The notes under the pieces were generated by a model, which searched no databases, had not been told where the DNA came from, and saw nothing but the letters and a program-made list of their open reading frames with translations. Shown piece after piece: positions 54,748 to 64,000 of a stretch of 64,000 bases of DNA (position 1 is its first letter; each line of letters begins with the position of its first letter). The stretch is from Camelus ferus (taxonomy: Eukaryota). Both the position numbers and the translations under genes were made by a program. The stretch spans positions 9,364,001 to 9,428,000 of the forward strand of contig NC_045698.1 of the NCBI RefSeq assembly GCF_009834535.1, in the 5' to 3' direction.

Positions 54748-54950
54748 TGTTTCAATTGAGGCAAAGCCGCTATGACTTTTTACCTCTATGTCAAGTCATT
54801 GGGTACAGACTTCCCCCAGGAAGTAAGCATAACTTGGGCAAAGCAGCCTTCTCCAGCTAAGGGTAGTTCTTGGAGAAGAACTGAGCTGTGAGCAGTCGGT
54901 AGACAAGACTACCAGCAGCTGTGAGAATGCAGCTTAGTTCCTGAAGAAAA
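54748..54950 (-). mobile_element. LTR16-family LTR (5' part), probably the 5' LTR of the adjacent ERV-L
   Basis: Reverse complement cttcaggaactaagctgcattctcacagctgctgg...ctcacagctcag...ctgctttgcccaagttatg...ccaatgact...ttgcctcaatt matches the recalled LTR16 consensus. Confidence 0.75.
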
Positions 54951-56998
54951 CCACATGCCAGGGTAAAGTCCTGAGCTAACTTCTGGGAACTTTCCTCTAA
55001 ATTTGGTATTGATTAGTCCTGCTGCTAATGGTTAAGCTCATTTAGCCCTTTTCAAGACTCTCACGTATATCCCATATCACTCTTTTGCCTCAAAGCTATC
55101 TTGACATAATGAAATACAAGTTTTTGATCCCCTCCTGCCCTCTCTTGACAAAACTGGACAAACAGGATGTAAAGACAATGCCAAATTTAGTCCCATTATA
55201 TGAGAGCTCCAATAAATGATATGAGCTGATTACAGACTTAAGGGGCTTCTGTTATTTGCAGTTTTGTATTTTAAGGACAGTCTCAGGATCTCATGAGCCT
55301 TCCATTTCAAGCTCACGATTCATGGCAGACAAGGAAAACATATTTTGAAGGAAAGAGCTTACTTCTCAAAAGCAGGCTTAGTGACTGCTCATTTAGAAGG
55401 CCAGATGACAGTAAAATTTTCCAGTTTGGGTCATTATATATTACTTATTGACCATAGTACATAGGATGCTAAGGGGAGACAGATAGCACATGACAGGACA
55501 CTACGTCTTTGCTTTAAAAAACCTCATTACATAGAAACAAACCTTATTTTATAGAAGAACAACATCAATGTATCCATTCAACTTTTGCAGACAAATGCCC
55601 AAATGCCAATCACTGTCTAGACAACTTAGGTGATACAAAAATTAACAACACTTGACCCCTGAGTCTAGGTTTGCAATTTAATTGGGAGAGGCAGAAAAAT
55701 ATAAAACTAACTACATTAGGTGAGACAGAGAACTAGGTAGTATAGAAAATGTGCAAGTAAAATATTGGGCAGAGGTGAGGGGGCCAAAATCATTTGCACT
55801 TTGATGTCTTTGGCACATACTTCACAGTTGTCATCAGCACCCATCAGAGAAAGTCCTAGACAACAGTTACTCTCATAGACGCTCACAGAGAACTAGGAAT
55901 GTGAGAGCCAATGCAGCTGATCACACGGGCATGTGGGTAAGCAGCTCTCAAAGGCTGTAATCAATACTAGAAATGGAAGTAAATATGCCTAGAAAAGAAC
56001 CCATCAGGGAGTAATGGGAAAATAATGCTTCTTCTGAAGCGAAAGGAAGCTATTGTCTTTAATATTTCTGCATGTATTTGCTTGTTTTGTCTCGACTGAT
56101 AAATGTGTGGCAGTTTTCTAATGGGAAAAGACACCAGCCATCTGAAATATAGGCCACTGACAGGAGGGGAACCAGAAAATCAATACCTTACATCCAAGGA
56201 AGTATTGATCTGTTTAACAATTTTGGAAAAAAATACAATGTAGCCAAAAGTTGAATAGAAAAATGAACTTTATACTGTGCCCCAAAGATAGCAATATATG
56301 AGCCCTGAAACCAAAAAGAAAAACTAATGCCAGAGAAATGTTAGTCACAGTTGAGAAACTTATATCCGGAGATGATAATGAGTGACTTATGTCAAATTCC
56401 ACTTGCTTATTGGCTAATTGTTACATTCCATTTCCACAAATACTGATTAGTGCAGCAGAATAGAGATTACTGTGCTGATTTCAGTATTATTACAAATAAT
56501 GAAGTGTGAATTTTTAAGGATAAAATAGATGTAACTGAAAAATATGTATATTCATAACATCCTTAAAATGTTGCTTTCATGGCTAGACAGCTCTTAAAGT
56601 GACATTTATAAGGCATGTGTTATCTGTTGACCCTAATGGTATTAATTTTGCCTCGAAAGTCAATCAGCATTTCTCTCTCTCTCTCTCTCTTTTATTTATT
56701 TATTTTTTTCAGAGGCTTTGCATTTTTCTCTTCCAACTTATTAAAATATCCAGAGATTCCATTATAGTCCACACCCTGAGAGGAAACGTCTGAGCAGGCA
56801 GCCCTGCTGGAAAATACAAGAGTACAGACTTTACTTCTCACTGCCAGTATCTCAGTTACTCAGACAACTTTTAAACATATGTAGAGTGTTTGTTCAAGGT
56901 TAAATGCCAAGGAAGAAAAGTTAGCATTAAAATCACTCAGCTCGTGTTTGACATTTCTGTAGTAAAGGATGATTATCCTTGACTTTAGATTATGTATC

Positions 56999-57084
56999 TT
57001 TTTTTTTAATTCAAGTATAATTGATTTACAAAGTTGTGCTAGTTTCTGGTGTACAGAATAGGGATTCAGTTATATATATATAAC

Positions 57085-57115
<31 letters not shown>

Positions 57116-60100
57116 TCTTTTTCATATTCTTTTTCATTATAGTTTATTACAAGATATTGAATATAGTTCCCTGTGCTGTACAGTAGGACCTTGTTGCTTA
57201 TCTATTATATATATAGTAGGTTGTATCCACTAATCTCAAACACCTAATTTATCCCCCCTCATCATCTCCCCTATGGTAACCATAAGTTTTCTACATCTGT
57301 GTGTCTGTTTCTGTTTTGAAAATAAGTTCATTTGTGTCATTTTTTAGATTCCACATATAAGTGATATCATGTGGTATTTTTCCTTCTCTGTCTGACTTAC
57401 TTCACTTAGAATGACAATCTCCAGGTCCATCCATGTTGCTGCAAATGACATTACCTCATTCTTTTTTATGGCTGAGTAGCATTCCATTGAATATATATAC
57501 TTAAACTTCATTATCCAGTTATCTGTCAATGGATATTTAGTTTGCTTCCATATCTTTACTATTGTAAATAATGCTGCTATGAACATTGGGGTACATGTAT
57601 CTTTTTTAATTACAGTTTTCTTCTGATATATGCCCAGGAATGGAATTGCTGGATCATTTGGTAACTGTATTTTAGTTTTTTAAGGAATCTCCATACTTTT
57701 TTCCATACCAGCTGCACCAAATTACATTCCCAACAACAGTGTATGAGGGTCCCTTTTCTCCACACCCTTTCCAGCACTTTTTGTTTGTGGACTTTTTAAT
57801 AATGGCCACTCTGACTGATGTGAGGTGATACCTCATTGTAGTTTTGATTTGCATTTCTCTGATAAGAAGTGATATTGAGCATCTTTTCATGTGCCTATAG
57901 GCCATCTGTATGTCTTCATTGAAAAAATGACTGTTTAGGTCTTCTGCCCACTTTTGGATTGGCTTGCTTGTTTTTTGTTATTGACTTGTATGAGCTGTTT
58001 ATATATTGTAGAAGTTAAGCCCTTGTCAGCCACATCATTTGCATATATTTTTATCCCATTCTGTAGATTGTCTTTTCATTTTATTTATGATTTCCTTTGC
58101 TATGAAAAAGCTTATAAGTCTAATTAAGTCCCATTTATTTATTTTTGCTTTTATTTCTATTGACTGGGTAGACCAACCTAGGAAAACATTGCTAAGATTT
58201 ATGTCAGAGAATGTTTTGCCTGTGTCGTCTTCCAGGAGATCCATGGTGTCCTGTCTTATGTTTAAGTCTTTAAGCCATTTTAAGTTTACTTCTGTGTATG
58301 GTATAAGAAAGTGTTCTAACTGCATCTGTTTACATGCAGCTGTTCAGCTTTCTCAACACCACTTGCTAAAGATGCTGTCTTTTCCCATTGTATATTCTCG
58401 CCTCCTTTGTCGAAGGTCAATTGACTGTAGGTGAGTGGGTTTATTTCTGGGCTCTCTGTTCTGCTCCATTGATCCGTATGTCTGTTTTTGTGCCAATACC
58501 ATGCTGCTTTGATTACTGAAGTCTGAAAGGGTTATGCCTCCAGCTTCATTCTTTTTCTTCAGTATTGCTTTGGCAATTTTGAGACTTTTGTGATTCCATA
58601 CAAATTTTAAAATCATTTGTTCTACTTTTATGAAAAATGTCCTAAGTAATTTGATAGGGATCACATTAAATCTGTAAATTGCTTTGGGTAGTATGGCCAT
58701 TTCAACAATATTAACTCTTCCAATCCAAGAGAATATGATATCTTTCCATTTCTGTAAGTCATTTTTAATTTCCTTTATCAATGTTTTATAGTTCTCATCA
58801 TATGTCTTTCACCTCCTTGGTCAAGTTTATTCTTAAGTATTTTATTTTTTATGCAATTTTAAAAGAGATTTTTTTTAACTTTCATTTTCTTATATTTTCT
58901 TGTTAGAGTAGAGAAATGCAACAGATTTCTGTATGTTAATCTTATATTCTGCTACCTTGCTGAATTTGTTTATCAGCTCTAGTAGTTTTTGTGCAGAGTC
59001 TTTAGGGTTTTCAATATATAGTATCATGTCATCTGCATATAATGACAATTTTACCTCTTCTTTTTTAATCTGGATCCCTTTTATTTCTTTTTCCTGTCTG
59101 ATTTCTGTGGCTAGGACTTCCAATGCTATGTTGAATTGAAGTGGTGAGACTGGGCATCCTTGTCTTGTTCCAGATTTTAGCTGGAAGGCTCTCAACTTTT
59201 CACCATTGAGTATTATGTTGGCTGTGGGTTTGTCACAAATAGCTTTTATTAATTTGAGATATGTTCCTTCTATACCCGCTTGGTAAGAGTTTTTATCATG
59301 AATGGATGCTGAATTTTATCAAATGCTTTCCCTGAGTCTAGTGAGATAATTACGTGGTTTTTGATTTTTCTTTTGTTGATGATGTGTCACATTGATTGAT
59401 TTGCTTCTGTTGAACCTCGTGACCCTGGGATGATCTGACTTAATCTTATTGTATGATCTTTTTTATGTGTTGTTGGATTCCATTTGCTAATATTTTGTTG
59501 AGAATTTTTGCATCTATATTCATCAAAGTTATTGGTCTGTAATTTTCTTTTTTGGTAGTGTCTTTGTCTGTTTTTGGTAGCAGGGTGATGGTGGCTTCAC
59601 AGGATGAGTTTGGGAGTGTTTCATCCTTTTCAGTCTTTTGGAAGAGTTTGAGAAGTATCAGTATAAATTTTTCTTTGTATATGTGGTAGAATTCCTGAGC
59701 GAAGCCATCCAGTCCTGGACTTTTGTTTGCAGGTGGTTTTTGTTTGTTCATTTGTTTTAATTATAAATTCAATTTCATTTCTAGTAAGAAGTCTGTTCAA
59801 ATTATCCATTTCTTCTTGATTCAGTTTTGGTGGACTGTATGCTTCTAGAAATTTGTCCATTCCTTTTAGGCTGTCCAATTTGTTGTCATGTAGTTAGTTA
59901 TTCATACTATTCTTCTGTGTGTGTGTGTGTATGTTTGTATTTCTGTGGTTTTGGTTGTAATTTCCCCTCTTTCATGTCTTACTTTGTTTATTTGGGTCCT
60001 CCCTCTTTTCTTCTTGATGAGCCTGGTCATGGTTTTTTGAGTTTGTTTACTCTTTTCCAAAAAAAAAAAAAAAAAAAGCTCTTGGTTTGATAGATTTTTT

Positions 60101-60328
60101 TCTATTTTTTAATCTCTATTTTATCTATTTCCTGCCTGTTATTTATTATATTTCTTCCTTCTGCTGACTTTAGGTTTTGTTTTTTTCCTTTTTCTAATTA
60201 TTTTAGGTGGTAAGTTTTAGGCTGTTTATTTGAGATTTTTACTGTTTTTTGAAGAAAGCCTGTATCACTAGAAACCTCCCTCATAGGATTGCTTTTGCTG
60301 CATCTCATCGATTTTGTGTGGTTGTGTT
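56999..60328 (-). mobile_element. 5'-truncated LINE-1 (camelid/artiodactyl-type), 3' ~3.3 kb with frameshifted ORF2 and 3' UTR
   Basis: ORF track pieces match L1 ORF2: [55 protein letters not shown] (RT), [48 protein letters not shown]. Poly-T and 3' UTR at 57.0 kb. Confidence 0.97.
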
Positions 60329-61865
60329 ATATTATCCTTCTTGATTATAACTTTCACAGTGTGACTGTTTTCAAAATGCTCCAAATCAGCAAGTCTTCTC
60401 AAAAGAATGCAAACTTGAATACTGAATTTCCTTCATTGGAATGTTCTGATTATACCCAGCAAATCTCAAATTGGGACCTCAGTTCTAGTTTGAAGGTAAC
60501 AAGTTTTATAATAATTCTAACTATAATACCAGAGCTGAGTTAAAAAGACTAACAAAATATAGACCTTATTAATTTCTAATTGAATTTTTTGTTTATCCTT
60601 TCTTATACCCAGTCACCCTTGCTGAGTTCTGAGGAATGCATTCACTCTATGTTAGTCTAAAGGGGAACCTAACTTCATGTACAATTTTGCTTAAATGTAT
60701 CTTTTAGAAATATAAATGTTCTGAAAGTTGAATTCACTGTTCTCTTCTATCAAAAAGAAATAACTCCATTTTAAAGTTGATAAAGACTCCTTAGGAAAAA
60801 GATCTTCTCTATGAAGCCACTCCTTTATCCTCATTGCTTAGGAAAGACCTAGAGACACTCAACAAATATTCACTGAATGAACCAATGCATATACTTTGTT
60901 GTTTATTAATAAAGAGTGATTAAAAGTCCTTGGTGCCAATAATGAAAGGACAAAATGCACAAATGTGTTACATTTATAACAAAATTAGAAAGCTTAATGC
61001 TCTAAAGTCCTAGCTACTTAAACAAGAGAAAGTTAGCATTGTTCTATTTTGTCCCTTGAATGAAGGATGGGAGTAGAGAGGGTGAATAATAGACTATTTT
61101 CCAGAAAGCAGAGAAATCAATATTCCTTCTCATGATAGACTCTTTTCCAGAAGTTTCCAACTACAGAGATGATGGTTATGTAGGGATACAGGCCTTCCTT
61201 TTAAATCATGAGTCTTTCCCTCACAGAGCATATAGTCATGGCAGGTGCAATGAGGAGTATCAGTAGGAAAGATAGGCTAGGGAATGGTCAACTTCAGTGG
61301 CCCCTTATAACTTCTGCTTCTTCCTTTGAATTCTCAGCTCTAGCCACAGTTTCTATCACCTATGATAACCTAGCAGAGTTTTCTTAGAATCATTGTCTAC
61401 GTAAAACTTCTGCTCAATGTTAACCATATGTCAGCCAAGAATGTATTAAGAACGCGTTGGTCAAATCTCTGTGAAATTTTTAACCTACTAACCTTATATC
61501 CTGATCATTCATTACCTTAATGTTTAATGGAAATTTGAAAAATAGTCTTCACTGAGCAATCTTCATTATTCCAAACCCATGTTTTCTGAAAATCTAGCTC
61601 TGTATGAAGAAGATAAAGACAAAAATTATAAGTTAAGAATTTCTAATGTCATAGAAATAAAAAAGAAACTTTTTTTAAAACTTGAATTAGGGTGGAATTG
61701 ACTTTTTATTTGAATTAAGGTGGAAGTTTTATATGAATTAAGGTGGAAAATGACGCATGGCTATCCATACCTATGGTTATCCAAAAGAGTTGCATAGGTA
61801 GGTAGAAAGATAGATACAGATATCAGCCAAGTGTTGGTCTTGCTGCAAGTTGGTTTGGGATCCAT

Positions 61866-62355
61866 TGTCAGGTATCAATATTCTTCTCTTAAAAAAACAA
61901 TTTCATAAAATATCACTATCAGACAAAGACCCTCTGTGACCATGATCTATCAAGGGGAAAAAGTGACCCCTCCATAATCATGTCTACACACAAACAAAAC
62001 GTGGATGTTGTTCAAACAAAAAATATGACCAATCATCTCCTTGTACTAGATTTTGTTTTTATCAGTTATATGTAAGTCTCAGTCTAGTCTTCCTTTCTTC
62101 CAGATAACGTTTATTAAGAGACCCAGTCATAGCAGTACCCTCACCTTATGACAACATCCAATTCATAGCAAAACCCTACTTCCTTAAACCTTCTCAGTGA
62201 TCATCTAACTCAAGCCCAAATCCTCCTAATACCTTTTCACTAAGACGCCCTACAGTTGCCCGTGGTGTGAGTTTTCCCTTGTTGAAGTTGTAATAAACCA
62301 ACTTGTTCAATTACAGGTGTGTTCCTGGTGGTCTTTTAGCTAGAGGGCATTGACA
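61866..62355 (+). mobile_element. ERV1 solo LTR (MER67-like), 490 bp
   Basis: Terminal inverted TGTCA...TGACA, AATAAA near the 3' end, internal cagacaaagaccctctgtgaccatgat...ccataatcatgtct. Confidence 0.7.
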
Positions 62356-63574
62356 CAGCCATTACCCATCCAACTCACTGCTGCCTTTTTCCTCGCATGC
62401 TAGGTGACATGCTGTTACTTTTAACATGCTAAAAATAGAAAATGTATAATCTTTTCACATTGAAACTTGGTTACAAAGCTTCCTCTCAAACCCACAAATT
62501 GTTATAAGCTGTACAAGCAAGAGGTAAAATGAAAATATAAAACTAAATAATATTAGGGAGAAAAATGTCCACCTTTATCTAGGTTATTTCAAATACAGAT
62601 CTAATGGGAGGCACACCTATAACCATCCATCACGATTGTCTCCTACATTTTTACTCTCAGGGTTCCTTGTGGATTTTTTGAAATCAATTACAGTTTTAGT
62701 CACTGAAAAATGATCCCTTTCTAGGGAAACTTTATTGTCATGCTTGTGATATATATTTTTGCTGTTTTTCCTTGAGAACAGAAGAAAATTATTGTATATT
62801 CTTTAATATGGAATGATTTATTTCTTCATTTCACTGACCAAAATAGTTTTGGATTGAAAGAATTATTTTGCATATTGCTATACCAGCCTCTAATAATTTA
62901 TGTGCTTTTTATGCTGAACCAATTGATCAATTTATATATTTATTCTTTCATAATTTTTGTTTGCTTCTGAATTTACTCATGTAATGTCCAACATGATTCA
63001 TTGCTCATATTTTATAAATTGTCACTCCTTTGTGTGAATCTGAAAGGAGAGTGAGCGGGAAACATAATATTTTTCATGCCTAACAGACTTTGCTTTCTTT
63101 TCTGCATTTCCATATACTCCTACCTAAGCTTTGCTGGGCTGTAAACAAACCTTTGTGAAGTTTTGAACATATGTTGAAAAATTATCCTAAACTAACAATC
63201 GTGCATGTAGGCTTACTGAATTAGACAAACCACTCGTCTTGCTTACATATAATATCACATCAACAATTTTAAGTCAACCAGAAGTCAATAAAGCTGGTCC
63301 TTGAATCTTTGCATTTGTTATATCTTGGACAGAACCACAGACTTTGACACTATCCAGAATACAAGATTTAGCAGAATATTAGTAATTAAATTTAAACTAT
63401 GACTATCTATAAGGCAACAAAAATAAGTAGTTATAATCTTAGATTGTATTAGTTCCTAAGAATTATTCTGAATGTAATTGATGGTGTCCAGTTTCAGTGA
63501 GTTCATGTGGTTAATAGGAACAGAGGAAGTAGCAGTCTCGCCAACCAAACCTTGTATGTAATGTTACGGAACTC

Positions 63575-64000
63575 AACAGATTCTTACTTTTTTGGAATCC
63601 GGGATCTTATACAATAATTTGGAAAATTATTGAGGACCACAAAGATCTCTTGATGATATATGTACCAATATTTGCTTAATTAAGTATTAAAGCTGAGAAT
63701 ACAAGTATTTTATTAATTCCATTTAAAAATACCAGTAATAATCCTATTACACATTAACAAAAATAACAAATCTATATATTCGAAAACAAAGAATATAGTG
63801 GGAAGAATAATATTTTTTGCATTTTTGCAAATCTCTTTAAAGCCTGGCAACCTACGTGGCTTTGGTTAGAGTAAATGAAGAAATACATACATATCTATTT
63901 GGCAAGAAAAAAATGTGAATAGTCATATAATTATGGATGTTCCTTTTGTTACCAAAATTCACAATGACTAGTTGCAATATAAAACTTGAAATCATATCAA
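63575..64000. mobile_element. Second Charlie1-like remnant, same orientation, running off the window end
   Basis: aaaattattgaggaccacaaaga..., ttttgcatttttgcaaatctcttta, gttgcaatataaaacttgaaatcatatcaa, paralleling 42.7-43.2 kb. Confidence 0.65.

Noticed and set aside
57344..59878. Several 77-142 aa ORFs as functional genes
   Set aside because: They are frameshifted, stop-interrupted pieces of one truncated L1 ORF2.
61683..61748. CRISPR-like repeat-spacer array
   Set aside because: Mammalian DNA, repeats and spacers far too short, and no cas genes.

Overview
AT-rich, CpG-depleted mammalian genomic DNA, almost certainly from a camelid (Camelus/Vicugna/Lama): it carries three copies of the camelid tRNA-derived (Vic-1-type) SINE and lineage-type L1 3' ends. 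The window looks like a large intron or gene desert. None of the listed ORFs is a credible cellular gene. The long ones are broken L1 ORF2 fragments (57.0-60.3 kb), broken ERV-L pol/dUTPase remnants (51.8-53.3 kb) or microsatellite translations. The rest is ancient eutherian repeats: MIR, L2, L1M, MaLR/ERV-L/ERV1 LTRs and hAT DNA transposons. The best non-repeat signal is one well-formed 91-nt candidate exon on the minus strand (29179-29269, TFFDYDIAAAVSQSLLTHLNNSWDGNPRPN), whose gene I cannot name. Other points of interest are a four-part in-phase trinucleotide repeat containing a 48-bp perfect palindrome, a decayed LTR16/ERV-L provirus with a nested MaLR, and several insertions with readable target-site duplications (TSDs). 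I found no evidence of a novel multi-gene system. Repeat subfamily names come from recalled consensus sequences and need Dfam/RepeatMasker confirmation.
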